A DNA stretch of 64,000 bases. Origin: Nanobdellota archaeon. GTDB lineage: Archaea > Nanobdellota > Nanobdellia > Woesearchaeales > GW2011-AR4. This document shows, one piece after another, positions 46,699-56,965 of the stretch. The position numbers and the translations under genes were made by a program. Each line of letters begins with the position of its first letter. Positions within the stretch are counted from its first letter, which is position 1. The stretch is from contig JBBSWH010000006.1 of assembly GCA_038046385.1 (NCBI GenBank), positions 32,001 to 96,000 on the forward strand, written 5' to 3'. Under the pieces are notes generated by a model. It ran no database searches. It was not told where the DNA came from and was given only the letters and a program-made list of their open reading frames with translations.

Positions 46699-47853
46699 TT
46701 ATCCAAAGAAATTAATGAAATCATTGCCTTCTTCTTTTTCTTCCTGCTTGACTTTTTCGATTGCCTTGAAGAAATCCTCTTTTGTCACAAAAAATTTGTC
46801 CTTCCTTATTGCAAAATACCCTGCTTCTGTGCAAACTGCTTTTATTTCAGCACCGCTGAAGTTTTCCATTTTTGCAATCAATGCTTCAAAATTCATTGCC
46901 TTGTCAAAGGTCATGTTCTTTGTGTGGATTTTGAATATGTCAAGCCTTGCTTCCTTGTTCGGAGTAGGTATATGAATTAATCTGTCTAGCCTTCCTGGCC
47001 TTATTATTGCAGGGTCAAGTATATCTTTCCTGTTTGTTGCTCCTATGATTTTGACATTGTCCAACGGCTTGAATCCGTCAAGCTCTGCAAGCAGCTGCAT
47101 GAAAGTCCTGTTGACTTCACGTTCGCCTGATGTGCCGACTTCTATTCTTTTTGATGCCAATGAATCAAGCTCATCTATGAAAACTATTGCAGGCGCCCTT
47201 CTTCTTGCAAATTCAAAGATTTCCTTCACAAGTTTCGCTCCTTCTCCGATAAACTTTTGAACGAGTTCAGATCCGACAACTTCTATGAATGTTGAATTTG
47301 TTTCGTGCGCAACTGCTTTTGCAAGAAGTGTTTTTCCTGTTCCAGGCTCTCCGTAAAGCAAGATGCCTTTTGGAGGAGTTATCCCTATTTTTTTGAACAG
47401 CTCCGGTTTTTTTAACGGAAGTTCTACAACTTCCTTTATCTCGTTTATCTGCTTGTCCAATCCGCCTATTTCTTTCCAAGATATTGTTGGCTTTTCAACA
47501 ATAACATATTTTTCTATGTTGAACTTTTTTGTCATCGGTATTTTTCTGATGACTGTTAAGTTCTTTTGCTCTACAAGAACTGTATCTCCTGGCTTTAATT
47601 TATCACAGTCATTTGAAATGTTGACAAAGAACTGGTTGCCGTTCGGAATTTTTATGATGGCGGTTTTTTCAAAAACCTCGCGCATTTCGCAAACCATTAA
47701 TGGAGAAGCTTTGAAACGTTCAATCTCTTCTTTCTGCCTGCCGATTGTTTCCTTCAGAATCCTGTTTTCTTCTTCATGCGGATTTGATGAGGTAGAATAA
47801 GAATACATTATGCTGTCAATTATGTTCTTTGGCTTTGCTTCCTTTGCTGGCAT
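46699..47853 (-). CDS. pan: Proteasome-activating nucleotidase
   Basis: IGGL, GEPGTGKT, LVQKFIGEG, IDELD, RPGRLDR, C-terminal FFG. Confidence 0.95.
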   Translation of the reverse strand: MPAKEAKPKNIIDSIMYSYSTSSNPHEEENRILKETIGRQKEEIERFKASPLMVCEMREVFEKTAIIKIPNGNQFFVNISNDCDKLKPGDTVLVEQKNLTVIRKIPMTKKFNIEKYVIVEKPTISWKEIGGLDKQINEIKEVVELPLKKPELFKKIGITPPKGILLYGEPGTGKTLLAKAVAHETNSTFIEVVGSELVQKFIGEGAKLVKEIFEFARRRAPAIVFIDELDSLASKRIEVGTSGEREVNRTFMQLLAELDGFKPLDNVKIIGATNRKDILDPAIIRPGRLDRLIHIPTPNKEARLDIFKIHTKNMTFDKAMNFEALIAKMENFSGAEIKAVCTEAGYFAIRKDKFFVTKEDFFKAIEKVKQEEKEEGNDFINFFG

Positions 47854-47886
47854 TTTATTGAAGTATGATTAAATGGTATAAAAAGC

Positions 47887-49743
47887 TTATGCGACAAACT
47901 CCCCGTTTTTCAGTATCCAGTGCTTTGCGCCTTTTTTGCTTATTCCATAAACATCCAGCTTTTGCCTTGGTGCGTTAAAAACAATATCCATGTGGTATTC
48001 TGTTGATCTATCGGGTTCGTAGCCGGATCCAAGGGCTATGTGCATCATCCTTGCAATTTTCTCGTTGACAATAAGATAATCGCATAATTTTGCTTTTGGA
48101 TTGGTGTTGATTGCAAATTCCCCAATCCTTTCAAAATTTCTTTTCTTCATATCTATTATTTCCTTCGGCAGGCTTTTGTTTTTTTCTGACATTAGCAGCA
48201 TGTCCATTGATTCTTTTTTTCTTTTATTGATTTTCTGCAGAATATCCTTTGGTCCTGCAATTATCTTGTAGGAATCGCCGTAGCATTCTGTTATAATCGG
48301 ATTTTTTTCATCTAATTGGTAGCTTTGGTCGACGTGAACAACAACATCCCCCACAAATATGCCCTTTATGTATTCCGGCGTTACAAAGGCCTCTCCTCCG
48401 GGAATGTTACCCATGCATCCTGCCACTATCCCTGTCATTTTAAGGTATTCCTTGTTGATTTTTTCCCTAACATCTGTATCTGAACGCCTTACCCACCTTC
48501 TTGTGCCATCTGGCTTAACAAGGCCGACTTCAAGGTTTGTAACATATTTTTCTTTTGACTTTCCTTCAACATAGATAACATCACACTTGTCCATTATATC
48601 CTTTATTTTCTGGTTTCTTGCGCGTATGTCTGACCAGTCAACGAGATTTGTTTCAATGAAAATATCTATAGGAATTGTTTCTGTAAAAGCAACTCTTGCC
48701 ATGGGCTTTCTGTCATCATATTTTGTCTGCGGATAAAAGTCAAGCTTGTAAATCATCTGCCCCGGCGTATTCCAGCGCGTCTTTTTGTTTTTTGAAGGGT
48801 ATCCAATAAGTTCGCCGAACATGTGCTTTCCTGCATATCCTTTTGAGCTTACAGAAAATGAAAGGTCTATTGGCTTGAATCTCTTAAGATTTAACAATGA
48901 GGACAATTTATTGAATTTTTTGAAAACGGCCTCATCAACGTCCTTGCACAATTCGCATCCCAATAAAGTCGCTCTTAACTCTGAAACCCTTTCAGGCTGC
49001 TCAAGCATTGATTTCCTTCCTGTTGATGCGCTTAATGTTGGATTTGCATTTTCTTTTGCGGCCTGTGCCATTGCCCAGATTATGGAATATGCGTCAAGAT
49101 AATCCTCAAGCGGATGACCGATCATGCTTTCTGTAGGTATTAATGGGAAACCGATTCCTGCACGCTCACCTTTTTTTAATGCATAGACATCTCTCCACAA
49201 AATTCTGCTTGTTTCCATCAGCTCTTTCATTCTGTATTCTTTGAACCATTTTGTGCTGAAATTGAGGTTAAAATTACCTGTAAATTTTCCGTTCTTTGCC
49301 TCAAGAATAAAATCCGGCTTTTTGAATATTTTTTTGAAATCACCTTTTGCTTTTTTGTCAACTTCATTTATGAAATCAAGCAAAGATGATGTTTTGGTGT
49401 TTTTTTCTCCTTTTACTGCTTTATCGAAAATTTGCCAGACATCTTTTAATGCTTCCAATGCTTCTGAGCTATGCGAAGAAGCTTGTTGAGCTTTGCCACT
49501 CGAAGTGGAATTGTTCAGCTTTGCTGAACTTATGCTCAATTTTGCTTCTGGTTTTTTTCCCATGCCGATGCAACTGACATCATTTTTTAGCTCGTGCATT
49601 GCCATTGACAGCGGCGCTAGGGAGTAGAATGCTTCCTTGTCTGACAAATCAAAAAGTATCAAAAAATCTTTGTTTTTTGTTCCTTTAAGCTGCTTTTTGT
49701 AATTGACTACTGCAGAATCAAACTCTTTTTTGTCGTATTTCAT
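47887..49743 (-). CDS. M29-like aminopeptidase with long N-terminal extension
   Basis: N.PGGE, IGEFAI.TNP, NEK....HIALG, H.D. Confidence 0.75.
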   Translation of the reverse strand: MKYDKKEFDSAVVNYKKQLKGTKNKDFLILFDLSDKEAFYSLAPLSMAMHELKNDVSCIGMGKKPEAKLSISSAKLNNSTSSGKAQQASSHSSEALEALKDVWQIFDKAVKGEKNTKTSSLLDFINEVDKKAKGDFKKIFKKPDFILEAKNGKFTGNFNLNFSTKWFKEYRMKELMETSRILWRDVYALKKGERAGIGFPLIPTESMIGHPLEDYLDAYSIIWAMAQAAKENANPTLSASTGRKSMLEQPERVSELRATLLGCELCKDVDEAVFKKFNKLSSLLNLKRFKPIDLSFSVSSKGYAGKHMFGELIGYPSKNKKTRWNTPGQMIYKLDFYPQTKYDDRKPMARVAFTETIPIDIFIETNLVDWSDIRARNQKIKDIMDKCDVIYVEGKSKEKYVTNLEVGLVKPDGTRRWVRRSDTDVREKINKEYLKMTGIVAGCMGNIPGGEAFVTPEYIKGIFVGDVVVHVDQSYQLDEKNPIITECYGDSYKIIAGPKDILQKINKRKKESMDMLLMSEKNKSLPKEIIDMKKRNFERIGEFAINTNPKAKLCDYLIVNEKIARMMHIALGSGYEPDRSTEYHMDIVFNAPRQKLDVYGISKKGAKHWILKNGEFVA

Positions 49744-49756
49744 AGAAATTATGTAA

Positions 49757-50821
49757 TCATATTATTAATAAATCTTTTGATGTCCTTGTCAGTGGTATTG
49801 GCTTGTTCTTGAAAAGGATTGTATCTTCTATTCTTATGCCAAATTTGCCTGGAAAGTAAACGCCCGGCTCTATTGTGAAGACTATATTATTTCTTATCGT
49901 GCCTTTTGACATCAGTGTAAGGTTTGGCATTTCGTGTATCTCTATGCCAACACCGTGCCCAAGGCCGTGCGTGAAATATTCTTTGTATTTTCCCAGCTCT
50001 TTTACAACATAATCATAAAGCTCTGAGCATTTTTTGTTTTCTGTTGCAAGCTTAATTGATTCTTTCTGTATTTTCAGCAAAAGATTATAGATTTCTTTTT
50101 CTTTTTGAGACGGTTTTCCTATATATATCGTTCTTGTTATGTCAGAGCAGTAGCCTTTGTACTTAACGCCAAAATCTATGACGCAAAATCCTTTTTTTAT
50201 TTTTACATTTGATGACTCGTAATGCGGCATGCTGCCGTTGCTTCCTGAGCCAACGATTGGAGGAAAAGATAGTTCAAGTCCAATCTTTTTTGTTTCGTAT
50301 TCCAGAAATGCAGCAACTTCTGATTCTGTCCTGAATGATTTGAAGTTTTTTATTGTCTTTTGCAGAATCTTGTCTGCATATTGGCATGATTTTTTCAGGA
50401 TTTTTATTTCGTTGTCTGTTTTTATCTCTCTTAGCCTTACACAGTTTAATCCTATATCCTGTGTTTTTGCCTTTTTGAACTGCTTTTTGAATGCTTTGTA
50501 GGAATTCAATGTAAAATTGTTTTTGTCAATCGCTATATTTTTTGATTTTATTCTTTTTTCCTTCAGTTTTTCGCTGACAGACTCAAAAAACCGTTTCTTG
50601 TTCATTGAATAGGTGTTTTTGAATGTTTTTTTGGAGCGCTGCAGTTCCATTGCAGGCGCAAGAAGGAATGGTGGCTTGTTTTTTGGCACTACAAATACGC
50701 CGATTCCCTTGTAGCCGCAGAAATACTGCAAGTTTGGATTAATTCTTGAGTCAGAATTATAGAACAATGCAAAGTCTATGTTCTTTTTTTGAAGAATTCT
50801 TTGAAACTCTTTTATTTTCAT
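49757..50821 (-). CDS. Xaa-Pro aminopeptidase (M24)
   Basis: PH, D.G....GY.SDITRT, HGLGHGVG.EIHE, TIEPG.Y, G.RIED; start MKIKEF. Confidence 0.92.
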   Translation of the reverse strand: MKIKEFQRILQKKNIDFALFYNSDSRINPNLQYFCGYKGIGVFVVPKNKPPFLLAPAMELQRSKKTFKNTYSMNKKRFFESVSEKLKEKRIKSKNIAIDKNNFTLNSYKAFKKQFKKAKTQDIGLNCVRLREIKTDNEIKILKKSCQYADKILQKTIKNFKSFRTESEVAAFLEYETKKIGLELSFPPIVGSGSNGSMPHYESSNVKIKKGFCVIDFGVKYKGYCSDITRTIYIGKPSQKEKEIYNLLLKIQKESIKLATENKKCSELYDYVVKELGKYKEYFTHGLGHGVGIEIHEMPNLTLMSKGTIRNNIVFTIEPGVYFPGKFGIRIEDTILFKNKPIPLTRTSKDLLII

Positions 50822-50863
50822 ATATTTGAAAACGTTTATATACATAAAAACCTTTCCTCTCCT

Positions 50864-52072
50864 ATGGAGAAACACATTCTAAAGAACGGCATAACGCTTA
50901 TTTTTGACAAAAAAGACACTGATTCTGCGGCTGTCGAGATTATGTTTAAAATCGGCTCAAACGATGAAAATCTGAAAGTTGCCGGGATATCTCATTTTCT
51001 TGAGCACATGCTGTTTGAAGGCACTAAGAACAGGAAAGACAGCAGAGAGATAGCAAATGAGATTGAGAAGCATGGCGGGGATTTCAATGCATATACGACT
51101 GGGGACCGCACGGCGTTTTTTATCAAGATAATCAACAAAAAGTTCGATGTTGCGCTTGATATTTTGTCTGATATGGTAAAAAACCCTGTTTTTGATGCAA
51201 AGATAATGGAAAAGGAGAAGCTTGTTGTGCTGAAAGAGATAAACATGGTCACAGACGATTCTCGTCTTCATCAATGGATTTTGTTTGAGAAGGCTTTGTT
51301 TGAAAAGCATCCTGCCCGCAATCCAACCTATGGATCTGCAAAAACAGTAAAAGCGCTTACAAGGAAGGGTGTTTTTGATTACTATAGCAAGCATTATGTA
51401 ACAAACAACATGATAATTTCTGTTACAGGAAATGTTAATGATGTAAAAAACAAAGTTGAAAAATATTTTGGGGATATGAAACCAAAAAGCACCCCTAAAA
51501 GAGAGAATGTTATTGAGCCTGTACAGACAAAGCAAAAGAAAATCATTCTAAAGAAAAAAACCCTGAATTCTTACATGGTTTTAGGGTACAAAACAGTTCC
51601 CAAAATGCATTCTGATGGGTGTGTTTTTGATGTAATCGCTGGGATACTTGGACGCGGACAAAGCGGATGGATGTTTGACGAAATAAGAAACAAGAGAGGT
51701 TTGGCATATCAAGTGGGCATTAACAACGAACAGGAGAATACTCATGGATTTTTTGCGGTTTATACCAATTTAGACAAGAAAAATATACCAAAGGCAAAAG
51801 AGCTCATAATGCAGCAATTTGAAAGGCTTCAGAGCGTTACTGAAAATGATATTGATGAAGCAAAGAGTTACATAGAAGGAAGCCACGTGCTGCAGCTCGA
51901 GGACAATTCGCATCACGCTGATTATTTGGCATTCTGGGAAACCATAAAAGACGCAAATCTTGCTTCAACCTATATGAAAAATGTAAACAAAGTAAGCATT
52001 TCTGATGTCAAAAGAGTTGCAAAGAAATACTTTACGGAGAATTATACTGTTTCTGTTATAGAGCAGGAATGA
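50864..52072 (+). CDS. M16 (pitrilysin-family) peptidase
   Basis: GISHFLEHMLF.GT, NAYT, IR.KRGLAY; start MEKH, 42-bp divergent gap. Confidence 0.93.
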   Translation: MEKHILKNGITLIFDKKDTDSAAVEIMFKIGSNDENLKVAGISHFLEHMLFEGTKNRKDSREIANEIEKHGGDFNAYTTGDRTAFFIKIINKKFDVALDILSDMVKNPVFDAKIMEKEKLVVLKEINMVTDDSRLHQWILFEKALFEKHPARNPTYGSAKTVKALTRKGVFDYYSKHYVTNNMIISVTGNVNDVKNKVEKYFGDMKPKSTPKRENVIEPVQTKQKKIILKKKTLNSYMVLGYKTVPKMHSDGCVFDVIAGILGRGQSGWMFDEIRNKRGLAYQVGINNEQENTHGFFAVYTNLDKKNIPKAKELIMQQFERLQSVTENDIDEAKSYIEGSHVLQLEDNSHHADYLAFWETIKDANLASTYMKNVNKVSISDVKRVAKKYFTENYTVSVIEQE

Positions 52073-53146
52073 TTATCTCGTCACTTCGAACTTTCTTATT
52101 GTGTCCCTTAAATGGCTTAATTTATGATCTTTTTCGAATGCTTCCCTAACTGGTTTTATCATTTCATTTAAAGCAGATGCAACTGAATTCTTCAAATCCA
52201 TCGGATGTATTTTTCCTTCGCTGTATAATTCTTCTAATTTTGCGTAGTTTTCTATTATTAGGTCACCGCCAAACTTTTCAGGCCTTTTTATTTCCATCAC
52301 AGGGTGTTTTTCAAAGATTATGTATTTTGAATAGTCCATCATCGGGTTTTCTTCAATGATTTTTGCAGGGCAGTAAGCTTTGCTGATTTTTCTCTTGATG
52401 TCCTCTTCAGAATCATTCATGAAAATTGCAGTGTCTGGCTTTGATTTTGACATTTTCAAGTCAATGACACGGTCAACCCCCTTTTCTTTTGGAGGCTCTC
52501 CAAGGCCCATCAGCATGTGATGTGATACAATAACTGGCTTCCAGAATCCTAAAGATGGCCCGATTTCTCTTGCAAGAACATTTACTTTTCTCTGGTCCAT
52601 TCCCAACTGAGTTATGTCTGCTTTCAAATGAAAAATGTCAGCGCACTGCATGCACGGATATAGAATTTGAGATGCCTGCTGGACATCGGCTTCTTTACGC
52701 CCCATTATCTGGCCAGTTCTGATGATTCTGTTGACAGTAGAATTTCTTGAGACCTGCATTACCTTCTTCCAGTATTCTGCGTCTTCGACAAAATCATTTG
52801 CCCAGACAAATTCAACATTCTTTAAGTCCATCCCGCAGTGCTTCCATACTTCAATAAGGTATTTTCCAACTGTCTGGATTTTTTCCAGATCGCCTCCCAT
52901 TTTATTGTTTGCCCATGCGTGCCAGTCTGCGACAAGCATCTTGAACTTGATGCCTGTTTTGGTCATCTTGTTGATGTTGATTGACCTTAAGATGCCTTGT
53001 GCAATATGAATGTCGGTTCCGGACGGTTCAAAGCCGTCATAGGCAATTGGATTTGGGTTTGTTTCTAGAAGCAGCTTTAGCTCTTTTTCTGTTATTATTT
53101 CCTCTCCAACCTGCTTTATCAGGGATAGTTTGCTTTCTATGTCCAT
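52073..53146 (-). CDS. tyrS: Tyrosyl-tRNA synthetase (archaeal/eukaryotic type)
   Basis: YDGFEPSG, HIAQG, ADWHA, YP.MQCAD, GMDQ, KMSKS. Confidence 0.96.
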   Translation of the reverse strand: MDIESKLSLIKQVGEEIITEKELKLLLETNPNPIAYDGFEPSGTDIHIAQGILRSININKMTKTGIKFKMLVADWHAWANNKMGGDLEKIQTVGKYLIEVWKHCGMDLKNVEFVWANDFVEDAEYWKKVMQVSRNSTVNRIIRTGQIMGRKEADVQQASQILYPCMQCADIFHLKADITQLGMDQRKVNVLAREIGPSLGFWKPVIVSHHMLMGLGEPPKEKGVDRVIDLKMSKSKPDTAIFMNDSEEDIKRKISKAYCPAKIIEENPMMDYSKYIIFEKHPVMEIKRPEKFGGDLIIENYAKLEELYSEGKIHPMDLKNSVASALNEMIKPVREAFEKDHKLSHLRDTIRKFEVTR

Positions 53147-53289
53147 GTCAATAATTTTTAGAATATACTATTTAAAGGTTATTGTAAACATCCTAGAATT
53201 TTTTTAGGGGAGGGAATTTGCTTGCTGAACTTTACAGGTTTCTGACAGCCCTCCACCCACCCTATAATGAGTTGGCTTATGGTTCTGGC

Positions 53290-53544
53290 TTATTGCTGCA
53301 TGCTGGTTGATTTCTTCAGCATAACCTGTGATGCAATTCCAACAGAAACTCCGAGAACTTCAAGCGAGAAGAATACTAGCATGCTGAAAGGCAAGTTTTC
53401 CATGTATGCTGCAAAGGTTGAAGGGTCTGAAACGACATTGCCGGTTGGCATTAACCCAATGTGCATTCCATTAGAGCCGTAAATTGGCAATAACATATAG
53501 ACAAAGAATGCTGCCAATGCGCCAAGGATAGCTCCTTCTTTCAT
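53290..53544 (-). CDS. Small two-TM protein
   Basis: Two hydrophobic segments flanking TGNVV. Confidence 0.65.
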   Translation of the reverse strand: MKEGAILGALAAFFVYMLLPIYGSNGMHIGLMPTGNVVSDPSTFAAYMENLPFSMLVFFSLEVLGVSVGIASQVMLKKSTSMQQ

Positions 53545-53584
53545 AAGTTCATTATTGAATAACTAGGATTTAAAGGTTGTGGTG

Positions 53585-53614
53585 CACTGGACATCCCCGC
53601 ACAAGATTTATAAA
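53585..53614 (+). promoter_or_regulatory. CACTGGACATC motif plus TATA box (TTTATAAA at 53607), promoter of the cas4-like gene
   Basis: Motif-TATA offset 22; ATG 30 nt after TATA start. Confidence 0.75.
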
Positions 53615-53636
53615 CCAAAATCATGCTTCTTAGCTG

Positions 53637-54497
53637 ATGAAAATCTCTGTTACTTTGCTTTCTTCTTACCTGTACTGCTCCAGGAAGCTGTTTCTTGAGA
53701 AAGTGCTGAAGCTGGCAGAGCCGCCAAAGGAATCTTTGGTGATGGGCTCGATACGGCACGAAATATATGACAATATCAACAAAAATGAAGAGCAGATTGT
53801 AATAAATATTGAAGAAAAAGTGCCGTTGGAAGAATTAAATGTCATTTACAGGCAAAAGTTCCTTGAATTCTTGAGAAAAGCTGTGCTGAACAACAAAAAA
53901 AGACTGGAAGATGTAAAACTCAATATGCTGGACGCATACAAAAAATCTTATCCGTATGTTATCGAGGAATCACAATTAAGAGCATTGAATATTTTCAATT
54001 TTATTGAAGAGCATAATATTTTTGGAAAAGAGCTGTGGGAAAAATTAACTCCAAAAATAATCTCTGAGTTAAGAATTGAATCGGATGAACTGAAACTAAA
54101 AGGAATTGTTGACCAGATTCATGTTTATGAGAATGAATATGTGCCATTTGAATTGAAGACAGGAAGCATGCCGCAAAGCGGAGTGTGGCCGTCGCACAGG
54201 ATACAGATTGCAGCATATTCAATGCTTTTGCAGGAGCATTTCAACAAGCCAGTGAAGGAAGGATTTGTTTATTACCTTGACTCAAAAGAAAAAAGGCATG
54301 TTGCAATGAACCCTTTCATGAGAGATGAAGTAAAAAAGATTGTTAATGATGTTATTTCTTTGCTTGAAAACAATAATATTCCAGATTTCTGCGACAACAA
54401 GAACAAATGCATTAAATGCGGGTTAAAGGAAACGTGCTACAATGAGGAAGAAGTCAATAATTTGATTAAAGTGAAGGTACCAAGCCAAAATACGTAA
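53637..54497 (+). CDS. Solo Cas4-like RecB-family nuclease with Fe-S cysteines
   Basis: YLYC.RK, G...H, G.VD, ELKTG, Q..AY, C....KC..C.....C; no CRISPR context. Confidence 0.88.
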   Translation: MKISVTLLSSYLYCSRKLFLEKVLKLAEPPKESLVMGSIRHEIYDNINKNEEQIVINIEEKVPLEELNVIYRQKFLEFLRKAVLNNKKRLEDVKLNMLDAYKKSYPYVIEESQLRALNIFNFIEEHNIFGKELWEKLTPKIISELRIESDELKLKGIVDQIHVYENEYVPFELKTGSMPQSGVWPSHRIQIAAYSMLLQEHFNKPVKEGFVYYLDSKEKRHVAMNPFMRDEVKKIVNDVISLLENNNIPDFCDNKNKCIKCGLKETCYNEEEVNNLIKVKVPSQNT

Positions 54498-54552
54498 GAT
54501 TTAAATATAACTTGATGTACAATCATTGAGTAATAACTAAAGAGGGATAAAA

Positions 54553-54816
54553 ATGGCTGACGATGAAAAAAAGTTCTCAAAACAACTGATTGGAAAGACT
54601 GTGGTAAGTAAGACAGGAAAAAGATTTGGAGAAGTAGGAGATATCATATTCGAAACAAGATCTGGCGAGTTAATTCACATGGTGCTTAACAACCCGACTT
54701 CATACACAGAGAAGCTTGAGCTTGAAAAAGACAAGGAAGGCCACATTCTTATACCATTCAGCGCAGTAATCGCAGTTGGCGATTTCATGGTTGTGGCTGA
54801 AGAAGACATTATCTAA
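54553..54816 (+). CDS. PRC-barrel protein (CdpB-like)
   Basis: LIGKTVV...G.R.G.V.D, IPFS.V.AVGDF.VV. Confidence 0.88.
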   Translation: MADDEKKFSKQLIGKTVVSKTGKRFGEVGDIIFETRSGELIHMVLNNPTSYTEKLELEKDKEGHILIPFSAVIAVGDFMVVAEEDII

Positions 54817-54863
54817 AGGTTTTTAAACATCTATTCGTTCTTTAAACCCATTCAGGTGGCTTT

Positions 54864-55829
54864 ATGCAATTTGAGAATGCTTTGTGGACAGAGAAGTACC
54901 GACCTAGTGATTTTTCTGATATTAAAGGCCAAAAGGACATAGTTAAGAGAGTAAAAGCTTTTGTTGAGCAAAAGAACTTGCCGCATCTTCTTTTTACAGG
55001 TCCTGCAGGGGTTGGAAAAACCAGCTTATCGCTTGTAATAGCAAAGAAGCTCTTCAAGGATGGCTGGAGGCAAAATTTCCTTGAATTGAATGCTAGTGAT
55101 GAAAGAGGGATTGATGTTGTAAGAAACAAGGTCAAGGATTTTGCAAGAACAAGGGCAATTGGAGATGTTCCATTCAAAATCATCTATCTTGATGAATGCG
55201 ACGCTTTGACAAGAGAAGCGCAGCAGGCATTAAGGAGAACAATGGAAAATTACACTCAAAACTGCAGATTTATTCTGTCTGCAAATTATTCTTCAAAGAT
55301 TATAGAGCCAATTCAGAGCAGGTGCGTTGTATTCCGCTTTAAGCCATTAGACAAGAAAGAGATAATTGAGATAATAGACAAGATAGCGCATGACGAGAAG
55401 ATAAAGATTGATGAAAAGGCAAAAGAAGCCCTATATGAGATTTCTGAAGGGGACTGCAGGAAACTGGAAAATATTTTGCAGAGCTGCGCTGCAATAGCCG
55501 ACCATATCACAGAAGAATTGATACATTCAATGGCTTCCATGGCAAAGCCAAAGGAAATAAGAGAAGTTCTTCAGATGGCTTTGAATAACAGGTTTATCGA
55601 TGCAAGAAACAAGTTATTGGAGATAATGCTTGCCTATGGGCTTGCAGGAATTGACGTCATAAAGCAGATACAAAAAGAAATTCTTGAGTTAGACACCGAT
55701 AACAAGACGAAGATGCTTCTTATGGAGAAATGCGGTGAAATAGAATTCAGAATGACAGAAGGGTCTGATGAGTATGTTCAGCTGGAAGCTTTATTGAGCC
55801 AGTTTGCCTTGGCCGGAAGCAATAAATAA
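54864..55829 (+). CDS. rfcS: Replication factor C small subunit
   Basis: WTEKYRP, GPAGVGKT, ELNASDERGIDVVR, LDECD, QSRC. Confidence 0.97.
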   Translation: MQFENALWTEKYRPSDFSDIKGQKDIVKRVKAFVEQKNLPHLLFTGPAGVGKTSLSLVIAKKLFKDGWRQNFLELNASDERGIDVVRNKVKDFARTRAIGDVPFKIIYLDECDALTREAQQALRRTMENYTQNCRFILSANYSSKIIEPIQSRCVVFRFKPLDKKEIIEIIDKIAHDEKIKIDEKAKEALYEISEGDCRKLENILQSCAAIADHITEELIHSMASMAKPKEIREVLQMALNNRFIDARNKLLEIMLAYGLAGIDVIKQIQKEILELDTDNKTKMLLMEKCGEIEFRMTEGSDEYVQLEALLSQFALAGSNK

Positions 55830-55892
55830 ATATTCGTATTAATATTATAAAATTAATTCTTGAAAAGATTGTATGTATATTTTCAGAAATAA

Positions 55893-56927
55893 TTAACCCA
55901 CTGTCTGGGCAAGGTGCTTTACAAGGATTTTTGTTTCCTTGCTGTCAAGAACATTGTACATCAATTTTACGCCTGCGACCTTTTCCAAATCAACTCTATC
56001 GCTTACTAAATCTGCTGTGCATGTGATTGTTCTTCTTCCATTTACAAGTGTTACAACGCCTTTCCAATCATTGTTAAGACCCCCGCATTTAAGGTTTGAG
56101 AATACCGGGTCAATAGGAACTTCTGTTATCTCTATTCCAACTTTGTTTTCAACTTCCCTTCTTGCTCTTGGATCGCGAGGGCATGCTGAATCAAAGCCGC
56201 TTGATGGCCTTCTCTCGTCCTGGCTCCAGAAAATGTCAACATTTCCGCTTAATACAATATCAAAACTGAATGAAACGCGGTCTTTTCCGACAACGGATTC
56301 CCTGAAATTAAGCACCTGAACCGGGGCTGATGAGCTGTATGAAACCCTTGACTGCGTTGGCCTGCAGAGGCCGCTGTCCCTTATGTTAATCATGTCCTTT
56401 AGAATGCATAGTTTTGTGTTTGACTGTGTCTCATAATAATAGCATGCGTCTGCCCTGAAAGTAAACTCTGTGTTGCCAGGAAACTGTGATGGAACAAAAT
56501 TATCATCGTCTTTTGGAAATGATACAAAAGTTGTTGTTCCTTCTATTATATTGCCTTCTGCATCCCTCTTTTTCGAATCAAGAATGTCGTCTGGCTGTGC
56601 ATCCCTTAAGGATTCAAAATCTTTTCCAAAATCAGAAGGATCAAATCCAACAAGATTGACGCGCATGTCGTTGCTGTCAATTGCATATTCTCCTTCATTT
56701 TTCAAGCTGACGATTGCGTTGAATGCAAATGACTGGTCGTCTGTGACTTCCGGAGGAGGAGAGTCTTTCTCAAAATTCATTGATACTCCGGCTGTGCCGC
56801 CTATAAAAGGTGTTCTTGGAGCGCTTCCTGCAGCTGCTCCTGATTGCTTGCACGATGACAAAACCAGGACTGAGATTATCAGCAAAGCGAGAATAAGGTA
56901 CTTTCTGTTCATGCTGCCTCTTTTCAT
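55893..56927 (-). CDS. Putative lipoprotein, paralogue 3
   Basis: Lipobox-like LSS-C; shared F....PP, N.G.Y, ACY.YET, APV motifs. Confidence 0.75.
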   Translation of the reverse strand: MKRGSMNRKYLILALLIISVLVLSSCKQSGAAAGSAPRTPFIGGTAGVSMNFEKDSPPPEVTDDQSFAFNAIVSLKNEGEYAIDSNDMRVNLVGFDPSDFGKDFESLRDAQPDDILDSKKRDAEGNIIEGTTTFVSFPKDDDNFVPSQFPGNTEFTFRADACYYYETQSNTKLCILKDMINIRDSGLCRPTQSRVSYSSSAPVQVLNFRESVVGKDRVSFSFDIVLSGNVDIFWSQDERRPSSGFDSACPRDPRARREVENKVGIEITEVPIDPVFSNLKCGGLNNDWKGVVTLVNGRRTITCTADLVSDRVDLEKVAGVKLMYNVLDSKETKILVKHLAQTVG

Positions 56928-56965
56928 AGATGTTTTATTTTAATGTTGATATATAAAGCTTTCTG

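Noticed and set aside
53207-53263. GGAGGG/CCCTCC pairing upstream of tyrS as a T-box-like leader
   Set aside because: It lies upstream of the tyrS TATA box, lacks T-box motifs and is single-copy
53637-54497. CRISPR-Cas locus suggested by the Cas4-like gene
   Set aside because: No regularly spaced repeats and no other cas genes seen in the window
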